A stretch of 64,000 bases of DNA from contig MU054098.1 in assembly GCA_013239625.1 (NCBI GenBank), forward strand, positions 1,985,104 to 2,049,103. Direction: 5' to 3'. A program made the position numbers and the translations under genes. Position 1 is the first letter of the stretch. Each line of letters starts with the position of its first letter. Under the pieces are notes generated by a model. That model was given only the letters and a program-made list of their open reading frames with translations. It did no database searches and had not been told where the DNA came from. The DNA comes from Lama guanicoe (Eukaryota). Positions 25,520 through 38,689 of this stretch are shown here, piece after piece.

Positions 25520-28500
25520 TGTCCAAGCCCACGAGTACAAAAGCTGCCAGAGGAAGACTGGTTGGCTTGACCCAAGGAGTAGTAAATTGGAAAATTTTGG
25601 AACAGGTTGGTTAGGGAGCCTTTGGGTTTTCAAGGTCCACAGAGGATCACCTTGTATGACCATATGAACCGTGATATTTTTTTAAAGCAGAAGAAACAAC
25701 AAAACAAAAACCACAACCAGAAAACCCTCTAAATACTAGAGCACAACAAAAAATATCACTTAAAGCTGAGTTGTCCAATATAGTCGTCTCTGGTCACAGG
25801 TGGCTCCTGAGTGCCTCAAATGTCGCTGGTTTGAATTGAGATGTAGAGTGTATGTAAAATACATATCAGATTTAAAAGAAAGCAAAGTATTTCATTAATC
25901 TTTTTAATATTGATTCTAAAACAGCTCCTGGCTCATATCAAGTGGGCAATAAATATTAGCTGTCCCTGTTACTAGACACTCAATTCTGGTCATTCCAAAT
26001 TTCTTGATGTCACCAAAACCAACCAGGCACTTTGATCCATCTCTACCTTTGTGAATGCTGTTTCTCCTGCCTGGAATGCTCTACCTTGAATGTGTCACCT
26101 ATTAAACTCTAACGCATCTTTTGAGATCTAGCTTAAATGTCATTGGCTGTTTGAAGCCTGCCTCATTACCAGGGGTCATTTTCTCTTCTGCGGCACCATG
26201 TGCATATTGCAATTATTGCACAAATTGTGGCGCAGTTATGTGTGTATCACCATTTATGTGCCTCTTTCCTCTGTTAGACTCAAACTCAGTGGGGATAGAG
26301 GCTTGTCTGCTTTCTCTTGATGTCTCCAGAGTCTAGCACATTTGCCACATAATAGGCACTCAGTAAGTGTTTCCCAAACTGAAAATTGAATTAGCTAATC
26401 AAACCATGATGATGATGATGATGATGATAAGAGCTAATGTTTCATTGAGTGTGCTGTATGTTGTTCTTGGAACTCTGCATACACTGCCATATTAAATTAT
26501 TCTAGATGAGGATTCTAAAGCTCTGTGAGATTAAGTGACCAAAGTTGGTAATGATTTGAATCCAATTGGCTCTAATTTCTATGTTGTTGACCAATTGCTC
26601 ATCTTTCTGCAATAGGCTGTTTCACTTGTTTTGTGTACCATTGAAATAAATGAGTGAACGTCATTTTTTATGATAGCCCTTCACAACTTGGGAGTTACTG
26701 CTTTTTGTCCTTTGAACTTTCTCTTCTCTTCCGAATGAATTACATTTCTGGTTACATAGCTGGAGCTGGCTCACATCATCTCCTGAGAGCTTATTCTGTG
26801 TATCTCTTCCTGACTCCCATTCAGTGGCATCACTTTGGTGGCTTGAGATAGCCCACAGTGGTAGATTTTTACACCATGGAAATATGTAGATGCTACAGAT
26901 AGACCAGTTTCCCCCCTGGTGAGCCAGTTGCTAAACATTTACCAGCACATGTCTGGTGTTCCAGGTTCTCTTGAGTCAAGTGGTCATTTGTATTTGAATA
27001 AAGAGAGCAGTGTAGACCACAGCATCTTCCTTAGTCTGGAGAAAGAAAGGAGTTATTCTTCTTTTGAGATGCCTTTGCTGTATTTCCAGATAAACCTAAA
27101 CTTAAAGAGAGCTGATAGAGCTAAGAAAGAATTTACTGCTCCAAATTGTTACTATTCTCCTTTCTATTGAATCCTGAAAACTGCAAAGGTGGAGGCTCTG
27201 ATCTTTTGTTGAATTTGCAAAGATTATTAGATCACCTGCTTTAAGTAATTTATACTGGTTCGGGCGACACAGCTAGTGAATGGTAATGCCTGGGTTTCTT
27301 GATGACCAGTTCATAGCCCCTGTCACCCATCACTGTACTGGCACAAGGCATTATTTGGAAATATTTGCAAATATGATTGTCAGTCAGTGGTATATGAACA
27401 AAACACATTTTCTAGATAATCACTCTGAAGATGTTTTACTTGATGTTCAAACTGTTCAGTCATCAGAATCCCTGCACATTCAGCTATTACACACATTCAT
27501 ATTTAAGGAGAAATCTGTGCCCTTGTAACATTTTGGTGCTGGAGCAATCTCTGTTATTACCTTGAGGACAGGAATGATGGAAGGTCTGATCTGGTAGTGC
27601 ACAGCGTTGATTACATAAGTACCTCATAAAGTCCAGCTGAATGAGTTACGTTCATTTTAGTGAACTGGGCTTCAGATTCCTCCCCACAACTAGTCTAGAC
27701 CTATTCCCTGGAAACCAAAAGCCCAAGGTAGCCTCAATTCCAAAATCTGTCTGGCTTTAAGTCCTCATGCCAGAAAATGTGCCTTACTTTTTGATTCATG
27801 AAAATACTATCACAGCACACACTGGGAATGAGACTGTTTTGCTGGAAGAGGATAAAGCAATTCATCATTACTGTTAATTTTTATTAGGGAATTATTTGGG
27901 GGAGCTGTTGTATGGTCTGGATGAGTGGGCATAGCTCTTGAGCTGGACTGATGGAGACATGCGGGAAACCAGAAGAAAGCGATTTGCGCTCAGGCCTCAG
28001 GCAGGCTTCTTCTCAGCAGCTCCCTCTGAGGTGCTGTGTCTGTGGCCCACTCACTGCCCAGGACCTGCATATCCAGCCACGTGTGTGCCGTGAGGGGACC
28101 GTCGCCTGTTGTACATGGTGCAGGCAGTATCCATGAGGCTCCTCTCTCCAAACCCAGTTCTCTATTGCCATTGCTACAGCCCCTGAGTGGCTTTCCCTCA
28201 GGGCCTTGTCTGGACCCAGGGCTCTGAAGGGGAGACCAGACAACGTAGCCTATGGCACCAGGGGAAGCCTGATCAGGAGGGCTTATGAAGGCTAGTTGAA
28301 GAAAATATTAGGGGCAGGCTCAGAATGTGACTGATTGAAGGAGAACTGAGTAGAACTCCCCTCTCTGGGAATTTCTGCAAGGGCAAGGGCATGAAGACAG
28401 AACATTCTGGAAGAAGCAAACAGTAGAGTAAAAGGTCACATGTGTTTGGCTGAAGAATAGCTGAACTAAGCCCCTTCCGCTCAGTATTTTTCTGAAGATG

Positions 28501-29380
28501 GAGGAATGAGGACAGAACTTTCTGAAAAGAGCTATGTGATATATGATATCACTTATATGTGGAATTTAAAACAATGACACAAATGAACTTATTTACAAAA
28601 CAGAAACAGAATCACAGACAGAAAATGAACTTACAGCTACCAAAGGGGAAAGAGGGAGGGATAAATCAGAAATTTGGGATTAACAAGTACACACTACTAT
28701 ATATAAAACAGATAAACAGCAAGGACCTACTGTATAGCACAGGGAACTATATTCAATATCTTGTAATAACCTATAATGGAAAAGAATCTGAAAATGTATG
28801 TATGTGTATAACTGAATCACTATACTGTACAACAGAAACTAACACAACATAATAAGTCAACTATACTTCAATTTAAAAAGGAGCTTGTGATAAAAGGCAG
28901 AGCCTATCAGAGGCTGTTTCCAGTTAAGGAGACTGATTATCAAATATGATCATGACTCTCAAGGTTCTAAGCAGACAGTGGACCAACTCCCTTTTTATGT
29001 GGATTTTCTTTTCTATATCAAAGCTGGCATTCTTCAGCTCTTTCTGATTATAAACCAAATTATGGGACCAGCTTCCTTGTACTATCTTGCTCTTCTTCTG
29101 CTTGTCCTTTCTCTCTTTATATTTTTAAATATGAACTCTGTACATCCAATCCCAAGGCTCGAGTGTGTCAGCCTCAGACACTCCTTAAACTGGATAATCA
29201 AATAATTTATAGACGCTTAGCTGAAGAATCTTGTATTCTTATGAGGAGGAGAGGTGAAATAGAATGCTAACTAGAGTGGAAGGAACAAGGATGGTACTAG
29301 AAAAGGGCAAGGCTTGAGGTTCGGACTGGGCAAAGAAACAGACAAAACCCGAAAGCCCAGGGGAAAGCTGAGGCTCTAGG
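25520..29380 (+). pseudogene. Collagen-like relic pieces (about 25520-25720, 26655-27340, 27888-29380) separated by TEs
   Basis: GVP GSL ESS GHL (26955-26990); GLM ETC GKP EES DLR; ALS GPR ALK GRP DNV (from 28203); DSQ GSK; RRR GEI; VRT GQR NRQ NPK. Confidence 0.78.
28535..28880 (+). mobile_element. L1 3'UTR fragment
   Basis: atatcacttatatgtggaat...ctactgtatagcacagggaactatattcaatatcttgtaataacctataatgg...ctatacttcaatt. Confidence 0.88.
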
Positions 29381-30094
29381 TGAGCGCTGAAATGAATTCC
29401 AGTAATATTTGAGGCTGGATGAGGTAGCTGTGGAGTCTGGCAAATATACTTAAATACTTATCTGAAGGAAGAGGAGATTAAGAAGTTATTGCCCAAAATT
29501 ACATCCAGCAGTGTTTGTTTCCCTACTAGTTGTCTGTGTTGTCTAATTCATAGAAGTAAGTGCTTATTTGAAGGAGGAGGTGGAAAACCGTCACCACCAA
29601 AATTAATCCAAGTGATACTGGATTCTGGATGAATTACAGGCATGCTTCATTTTATTGTGCTTCGCAGATATTGTGCTTTTCACAAATTGAAGGTTTGTGG
29701 CAACCCTGCATCAAACAATTCTATCGGCGCCATTTTTACAACAGCATTTGCTCATTTTGTGTCTCTGTGTTACATTTTGGTAACTCTCACAATATTTTAA
29801 ATTTTTTAATTATTACGATTATACTTGTTGTGCTGATCTGTAAGCAGCGATCTTCGATGTTACTGTTGTAATCGTGTTGGAGCACCACGAATTGTGCCCA
29901 TATGAAACAACAAACGAAATTGATAAATGTGTGTGTTCTGACTGCTCCATTGACTAGCCATTCCCCCATCTCTCTCCCTCTCCTTGGGCCCCCCTATTCC
30001 TGAGACATAATGATATTTAAATTAGGCCAACTAATAACCCCACATTGGTCTCTAAGTGTTAAAGTGAAAGGAAGAGTCTCATGTCTCTCACTTT

Positions 30095-30808
30095 ATTTGT
30101 TTTCATTTCTTGTTTTTAATTATTTTGGTCAGCTTTATTGAGGTATAATTTAAGGACTATAAAATTCACTGATTTTAAGTGTACCATTTGATGAGTTTTG
30201 ACAGCTACATAGAGTCTCACAACATCCACTGGAATCATAATAGCATCCCCAAAACTGTCCTTATACCCTTTTATAGTCAATCACCCACTCCCATCCCAGA
30301 CCCTGGCAATCACTATTGGTCACTAAAGTTTTGCTTTTCAACAGTTGCATATGCATCTATCTTTGTGATCATGTTACACTATTTACTGTCACATACAGTA
30401 AATATTGAAGTTGAGTAATATAAATCCTCCAACTTCATTCCTTTAATTTTTTCCTGAGTCCTGTAAATTTCAATACACCTTGAGAACCTGATTGTCAATG
30501 TCTACAAAACAACAACAGCAAAAAGCCTGCTGGCGTTTCAGTTGGAATGATTTTGACCTATGGATTTGGCACTTTAGTATTGAGCCTCCCATAAATTCAT
30601 CCTTATGTTTTTAAAAGTTATGAGTGATATTGTAAATAGTATTTTAAAATTTCAATTCCTGATTGTTCATTACCAGTACATAGAAATACAAAGCATTTTT
30701 GCTTATCAACTTTGTATCCTGCTAGTTTACTAGACTCACTTTTTTTTTTCTGGAAGATTTTTTGATAGACTCTTTAGCATTTTTCTGTGTAAGTGATAAA
30801 TAAATATA
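30095..30808 (-). mobile_element. L1 fragment nested in Tigger1
   Basis: Antisense L1 3' end; TSD gt(c/t)tctcacttt at 30083-30094 and 30809-30820; Tigger1 resumes exactly after it. Confidence 0.8.
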
Positions 30809-32432
30809 GTTTCTCACTTTAAATCAAAACCCAGAAATGATTAAGCTTAGTGAGGAAGGCATGTCAACAGCTGAGGTAGGCCGAAAGCTAGGCCTCTTGC
30901 ACCAAACATTTAGCCAAGCTGTGAGTGCAAAAAAAAACCAAAACAAAAGAAAAAGGTCTTGAAGGAAATTAAAAGTGCTACTCCAGAACACATGAATGAT
31001 AAGAAAGTGAAATAGCCTTATTGTTGATACGGAGAAAGCTTTAGTGGTCTGGATAGAAGATCAAACTGGCCACAACATTCCTTTAAGCCAAAGTCTCATC
31101 CAGACCAAGGTCCTAAATCTCTTTGGTTCTATGAAGGCTGAGAGAGGTGAGAAAGCTACAGAAGCAAAGTTTGAAGCTAGCAGAGGTTGGTTCATGAAGT
31201 TTAGGGAAAGAAGCCGTCTCTAAAACATCAAAGTGCCAGGTAAAGCAGCAATGAAGAAGCTGATGTAGAAGCTGCAGCCAGTTATCCAGAAGATCTGGCT
31301 AAGATAATTTATGAAGGTGGCTACATGAAACAACAGATTTTCAATGTAGATGAACAGTTTTTTTATTGGAAGGAGATGCCATCTAGGACTTTCATACTTA
31401 GAGAGGAGAAGTCAATGAATGTCTTCAAAGCTTTAAAGGATAGGCTGACTTTCTTATTAGGGGCTGATGCAGCTGATGACTTTAGGTTGAAGCCAATGCT
31501 TATTTACCATTCAAAAAGTCTTAGAGCCTTTAATAATTATGCTAAATTGACTCTGCCTATTCTCTATAAATGGAACAACAAACCCTGATGACAGCACATC
31601 TGTTTACAGCATGGCTTACTGAACATTTTAAGCCCGCTGTTGAGTCCTACCGTTCCAAAAAAGATGCCTTTTAAAATATTACTGCTTATTGACAATAGAC
31701 TTGTTCACCCAAGAGCTCTGATGGAGATGTGCAATGACATTAATGCTGTTTTCCTGTCTGCTAACACAACATCCTTTCATCAGCCCATGGATAAAGGAAT
31801 ATTTTCAACTTTCAAGTCTTATTATTTAAGAAATTCATTTTGTAATGTTATAGCTGCCATAGATAGTGATTCCTCTGAAGGATTAGAGAAAACTAAATTT
31901 AAAATCTCCTGGAAAGAATTCATCATTCTAGATGTCATGAAGAACATTCCTAATTCAAGGTAAGAGGTCAAAATACCAACATAAACAGGAATTTGGAAGA
32001 AGTTGATTCCAACATTCATGGATGACTTAAGAGGGGCTCAAGTCTTCAGTGGAGGAAGTCACTGCAGATGTGGAAATAGCAAGAGAACTAGAATTAGAAG
32101 TGGAGCCTGGAGATGTGACTGAATTGCTGGATTCTTACAGTAAAACTTTAACAGATGAGGAGTTGCTTCTTATGGATGAGCAATGCAGGTGGTTCTTTGA
32201 GATGGAATCTACCCCTGGTGAAAATGTTATGAAGATTATTGAAATGACAACAGAGAATTTAAAATATTACATAAACTTAGTTGCTAAAGAAGCAGCAGGG
32301 TTTGAGAGGATTGACTCCAAGTTTGAAAGAAGTTCTACTGTGGGTAAAATTGCTATCAAATAGCATTGCATGCTACAGAGAAATTGTTTGTGAAAGAAAG
32401 AGTCAATCGATGGGGCAAACTTCATTGTCTTA

Positions 32433-34317
32433 CTTACTTACTTATTTATTTATATGAAAATACTTTACTCACATATATCAGAATTTTATCTATTTGTTTA
32501 TTGAAGTATAGTTGATATACAACATTATATTCATTTCAGGTACACAACATAGTGATTCAATACTTTTACAGATTATACTTCATTAAATGTTATTATAAGA
32601 TATCATAATATCATGGCTATCATTCCCTGTGCTATACATTATATCCTTGTTGCTTATCTATTATGTATGCAGTAGTTTGTATCTCTTAATCCCATACTCC
32701 TGATATGGGATTAATGACTGGAAATACTAGTTTGTTTGCTATATCTGTGATTCTGCTTCTGTTTTGTTATATACATTCATTTGTTTAATTTTTTAGATTC
32801 CACATATAAGTGACAACAGTATTTGTCTTTTTCTGACATTTCACTAAGCATATTACTCTCTAGGTCAATCCATATTGTTGGAAATGGCATTATTTCATTC
32901 TTTTTATGGCTGAGTAGTATTCCATTGTACATATATACCACATCTTATTTATCCATTCATCTGTTGGCAGGCACTTAGGTTGATTCCATCTTGTGTATTA
33001 TAAATAACATGGTTATGAACATCGGGGTGGATGTATGTTTTTGAATTAATGTTTTTTGTTTTTTCTGGATATATACCCAGAAGTGGAATTACTGGATCAT
33101 ATAGTAGTTCTATTTTTAATTTTTTGAGTAACCTCCATACTGTTTTCCATAGTGGCTGTACCAGTTTACATTCTCACCAACAGTGTATGAAGGTTCACTT
33201 TTCTCTGCTTCTTAGCTAACAATTGTAATTTGTACACTTTTTGATAGCCATTCTGACAGGTGTGAGGTGATAGCTCATTGTGGTTTTGGTTTGCCTTGCT
33301 CCAATGATTAGCAATGTTGAACATCTTTTCATGTGTCTGTTAGCCATCTGTATGTCTTCCTTGGAAAAAAATGTCTATTTAGGTCTTCTGCCCATTTTTT
33401 GATTGAGTTGTTTGGTTTTTGATATTGAGTTGTATATGCTATTTGTATATTTTGGATATTGACCCCTCATCTGTCATATTGTTTGCAAATATTTTCTTCC
33501 ATCCAATAGGTTGTCTTTTCCTTTTGTTTATGGTTTCCTTTGCTGTGCAAAAGCTTTTAAGTTTAATTAGGTCCTATTTGTTTATTTTTGCTTTTATTTC
33601 TTTTGCCTTAGGAGAGAGATCAAATAAAATATCACTACAGTTTATGTCAAAGACTGTTTTGCCTGTGTTTCAGGTTTTACATTTAGGTCTTTAATCCATT
33701 TTGAGGGTTTTATTTTATTTTATTTTTTTGTATATGGTGTGAGGAAATGTTCTAATCTCACTCCTTTACACGTAGCTGTCCAGCTTTCCCAGCACCACTT
33801 ATTGAAGAGTCTGTCTTCTCCATTGTATATTCTTGCCTCCTTTATCATAGATTAATTGACCATAATAAGTGCATGGGTTAATTTTTGGGAGTTCTATCCT
33901 GTTCTATTGATCTATTTGTCTATTTTTCTGACATTACCATACTATTTTGATTTCTGAAGCTTTGTAGTATAGTCTGAAGTCAGAGAATGTGATAGCTCTA
34001 GTTTTTTTTTTTCTCTAGATTGCTTTGGCTATTTGGATCTTTTTATGTTCCATATAAATTTTGGCATTATTCTAGTTCTGTGGAAAATGTAATGGGTATT
34101 TTGATAGTGATTGCTTTAAATTTGTAGATTGCTTTGGGTAATATGGACATTTTAATAATATTAATTCTTCCAACCCAAGAACACAGGATATATTTTTATT
34201 TTTTTGTATCTTTTTCAGATTCATTTCCAATGTTTTATAGTTTTTAGAATATAGGACTTTTGCCTCTTTTTAAAGTTTGTTCCTAGGCATTTTAGTCTTT
34301 TTTATGCAATTTTAGTG
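32433..34317 (-). mobile_element. L1 3' portion nested in Tigger1
   Basis: Antisense ORF2/3'UTR text; ttgtctta repeated at 32425-32432 and 34318-34325. Confidence 0.9.
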
Positions 34318-35074
34318 TTGTCTTATTTTAAGAAATGGCCACAGCCACCTCAACCTTCATCAACCAGCACCCTTATCAGTCAGCAGTCATCAACATCCAG
34401 GCAAGATCCTCCACCAGCAAAAAGATTTTAAACTTACTGAAGGTTCAAATGATGATTAATATTTCTTAGCAATAAAGTATTTTTAATTAAGGTGTGCACA
34501 TTTTTTAGACATAATGCTACTACACACCTAATAAACTTCAGTATAGTATAAACATAACTTTTATATACACTGGGCAACCAAAAAAATCAGTGTGACTCAC
34601 TTTATTGTGATATTTGCTTTATTGTGATGGTCTAGAACTGAATTCACAATATCTCTAAAATGTGCCTGTAGTTGTGAGATCTAATTCATATAAGTAATCC
34701 CTTCACTGAGGAGGGAAAAGTAAAAAGCCATATCCCAAATTACATAAAGTTATATGTGTTTCTAGGCTAGTATTTGGTTTTTTCAGTCCTTATAAGTAAA
34801 TGCTTCTCTAAAAGAAAGGGAAACAAATGACAATTCCAAAATTAATTCCAGTGATACAGGATCCTGGGCAAGTTAGTCATGAGGCTTGATCAATATAAGT
34901 AAATGCTGATTTGGAGGAAGAAAGGAAAAAGTATCATTCCAAATAAATTACAGTGATGTTTGTTTCTAGACTAATTAGTGTTGTCTGATCCACATAAGTA
35001 AATGTGTATCTGAAGAAAGAGGGAGGCAAATACATGGCTAGATACACTGTATTATATACTGCTTGCTTATTGAA

Positions 35075-35800
35075 AAGACTTTGTGGATGTGACTGGCATT
35101 GGTTTTTGTCCCCAAGTGTAATTTTGGTGAAGAAAAATAGCTAAGAGCATGAAAAAGTCTCCTAGTATGAGGAAAATACTAGAGTGTAGTTGAAGAAAAC
35201 TACTACAGAAGTGGTGGAAGTCTTGTCACAGAGTAAACTCTGAATTGTAACATTAAGCTATACTGGGCCATAGTGGAAAAGAAAATGGACAGCTAAAGTG
35301 GGCAGGAAACTCCAGCTACGAGGGTAGTGGACAAGAAATCTGTCAATGGATAGGAAATTCCAACTACAATAGAAAGCAAATCTGCTTTCTTAAAGGAAAG
35401 GAAAGTGGGCAACTGCATAGCCAGGGAATTTTGATTATGGACAAACAGCCAGAAATCTTACAGTCGAAAGGAACGTGGGCAACCCGGAGAGGGCAAAGAA
35501 TTCCAAGTAGTCCAGAATCACTGATCAGGTCTTCAAGTGAGTAGACATCTGTGTAGATAGTGGCCAGCCAACCGCAATCTGCAAGATCAGCAACATAGAG
35601 GCAGAGATTCTGATGACTGGACCACTGGACTCGAGAGAAGAGCCAGTGAGAGGCAGAACCCTCTACCCCCATTCCCAGTTAAGAGCAGCAATGGAAGGAT
35701 CAGAACCTGAATTGAAAGCTGAGGGTTTTCTCCAAATGGGTAAGACGTCAAAAAGGAAGTTGGATTTATTATAATAATTTTAGTGAGCAATTGGTGGGGG
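35075..35800 (+). pseudogene. Collagen-like relic segment
   Basis: IAK SMK KSP SMR; LK GKE; GQP GEG; MT GPL DSR EEP (35613-35645); EP ELK AEG. Confidence 0.68.
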
Positions 35801-37209
35801 TTAGGAATTGCGTTTCGTTGTTCTGAGTGGTGTGCTACCATGAAACAGTAGTTGCAATGAACTGAAGGAGGGTATTCAGAATGAGGTCAGTTATGCAATA
35901 CTCTAGACTTTTCTGATGGTGTAGGAAGATGGGTTTGGGAGACTATTAATGCCAATTACTGGTTAATAAGGATTTTCAAACCAGAGATGCTTTTCTTATT
36001 AGAAAGTATGTTTGCATTCAATAATTTTCTAGAAATGACCATGCTAATCATAGTTTGAATGTAAACATGATTTCCAGAGTTTAAGATAAGGGTTAAAATC
36101 TGGCCCTGAAACATATCTGAACCAGAATTCTGGTTTAACACACTTCTCCTCCCCACCCTATCCCTGACTTCTTAGGTATCTCATTATATAGCAAGTCAAT
36201 GCTTTTCCGGCTCTTTAGAAAACAATATCTCATATCTCAAAAACTGTGCTAGAAAAACAAGATCAGAAATAGCAGCTCCTTAGAATACCAGTGATTAAAT
36301 ATTTAGCTAAAGTTTATATTTAAAAGTATTTCTTAAAGTGCTAATGTATCTTAATTTCATTTCTCTTAAAGCATTTTCAACTATAGTTAACTTTGTGGTG
36401 AAAAGCTTTTAAGCTTTATCTTCTAACTTCATAGAAGGATAACACTACTCAAAATCAATTTGTTAAAGATTTAGACATACAGAGCTTCAAGAAAATCTTG
36501 GTATTACTCATCTTCTGAGGAGACAGGCTCAAAGTTTTAAGTGATATAATTTAAAGCGTAGCTGGGGCTAGCCCAAATCTTGCTTCCAGGTACATTCTCC
36601 TTCTGTTATCCATATGGTTGAACTTTAAAGTATAGCTATAGCATTGCACTTAAAGTCTAGTAAGATATTATAAAATTTCCAGACACAATCGTTGATCGTG
36701 TTAGCTTTTGTCTTCTGCAGGCAATTGTGATGACTGGCAGTATTTGGCTAAGTCTTTGTGCATACTCGTTTCTTAAACAGTTCTCTGTTTATTGTAAACA
36801 TGAGGAAACTCCAGTTACCACAGAAATGATGAAAGTGATGAAATTTCTCATAGACAAGAGCAGAGGAATATGCTCTTCCTGTACTTTTTCCTTTCCCTCC
36901 TCCTGCGTCCTTTACTACCCCCCTCTCCCTGTCTCTCCCTTGTTCGTTCATCCTTCCTTCCTTCCTTCCTTCCTTTCCTTTTTCTCTTCTCTCCCTCCTC
37001 CTTCTCTTCCTCCTCCTCCCCTCCCCATCCTCTTCCTCCTCCTCTTTTGCTGCAGGACTCTAGGTAAACCTAATGTTGTTCTTTATCTCCTAAGCAACTA
37101 GACCATTCTTGACCTTCCCCAATATGTAAAATTATGTGCATTTGGGGCTAGATAGTAATGCTTCACTGCTGTAATATGAAAAGATTATATGAAGCAAAAT
37201 ATAGTATAT

Positions 37210-38230
37210 TTTTAAAAATATTTTTATTGTACATCTAACAGATATAAAAAACTCCATAAAACAAATATATAGGTCAACCAGTTTTTATGAGATAATCAGC
37301 CTTGTAACCACCACCTAGTTTAAAAATGTAGAATTTTGCCATCTACCTACGCTATTCACAACCCCTTCCCTCTCTTCAAAAGTAATCACAGTTCTGACCT
37401 TTATAGTAATCACTTGTTTATTTTCTCTATAAGTTCATCGCCCAAATGTTTGGTCCTAAGCACTGTTAGTTATACTTCCCCTCCCCCATATATCTCTTTT
37501 AATTTCGAGACTATCCTCTTTTTTTCCCTCTGTAATTTATCTGTTGAAGAAATGGTGCCTTTGGCCTCTAGAGTTTCCCACAGTCTTGAGTTCACTTGAT
37601 GACATCCTCTGTTACAGTTTAATATGTTGCTCAGTCCTGAATTTCCTGTAAATTAGTAGTTCGTTCTACAGGATGGATCCAATTTTTTTTTCTTTTATCT
37701 TCATAGGTGGTAGTGTGTTCTGTCTGAAGGCACACCATGTTTGGCCTCTCATTTCTGTCATGTTAGCTGCCACTAATGATCAAGGCCATCAGTCTTCAGG
37801 TTGATGATGTGTCTGGATGTTTTGGTTGTTAGAAGCTCATTCTCTACAATAAGGAGGAAATTGTGGGAACAATATTCCTTGAATTCTCACATGTAGATAA
37901 ATTTGTTTGTAGCTTTTTTATTTGAGAATCAGGCTGAGTCTAAAATCTTTGGCTCACTTTTTCTTTCCTTGAGTCTATTAAATATGCTATTCTTTTTCCT
38001 GCTGGCATAATGATTTGTTGTCAAAGTCTGCCAATAATCAGCTTTCTCTCCTTTATGAGTGATTTTGTCCTTTTACTGACTTTTTCCTCCCTTAATTCCA
38101 ATAATTTTACTAGAATGTGTCTCTGTTGCTTTGGATGGGTCAATTTTCTTTTAAAATATGCAGTTTAAAATTCTATTTCAGATAGGATTTTCATGAATTA
38201 TTCTTTTTCGAAATTGTTCTGTTTCCTTCC
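37210..38230 (-). mobile_element. Old L1 (L1M-type) fragments
   Basis: AT-rich antisense L1-like text (ttgtaaccaccacctagtttaaaaatgtagaattttgcc; ttttctttccttgagtc...aagtctgcc). Confidence 0.55.
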
Positions 38231-38689
38231 TTTGATTTTCTTCTTTGAGGGTTGAGAGCCTATCAAAAGTGGAACAGTTTTGAACAGCTGCTTGAGGGGC
38301 TTCAACATAGGGATGAACAAATAAAGAATTGCCAATGGGTACTTAAGGCTGAATTCAGATTAAATGGCATATATTTGTAGTGGAGCCAATTTTGTATTGC
38401 AGAACTCAGCAGATACAAATGAAACAGATGTTTGGGTATGGTGGAAAGGCAGGTGGCATAGAAGGGCAAGGGGTTGAGGGATTCTATACTTGAAGTATAG
38501 CTGAAATAGTTACCAACATATTAACTGCACAAATAAGTGAAAAAAAATACATGCAGGTATTTCTGGAACAGTTTCAATTTATTACTATTTTATTTCAAAT
38601 AAAGGGAATGCAAATGTCTGACTAAATGGGGGTTAATTCTTACTCATTTTTTTAGAATATTCATAATACACTAGCAAATCAGAAAAGAA

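Larger units (their letters stand above)
29637..34668 (+). mobile_element. Essentially full-length Tigger1 (pogo/TcMar) DNA transposon, decayed
   Basis: Termini caggcatgcttcatttt... and ...caatatctctaaaatgtgcctg with TA target duplication (29635-36, 34669-70). Transposase fragments [31 protein letters not shown] and QPMDKGIFSTFKSYYLR. Confidence 0.93.
29390..35030. repeat. Degenerate ~103-bp tandem array with alternating A/B monomers, interrupted by Tigger1
   Basis: An anchor resembling tataagtaaatgc occurs at 29445, 29551, 34689, 34791, 34894 and 34993. Spacings are 106, 104 (after excising Tigger1), 102, 103 and 99. Confidence 0.8.

Noticed and set aside
31325..32363. TIGD1-like transposase ORFs as a domesticated gene
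   Set aside because: Broken by stops and frameshifts and enclosed by Tigger1 termini; an ordinary dead transposon.
35370..35585. Retroviral zinc-knuckle and protease-like (CVDSG) motifs
   Set aside because: Isolated short matches with no CCHC spacing; the surrounding sequence is collagen-like (GQPGEG, MTGPLDSREEP).
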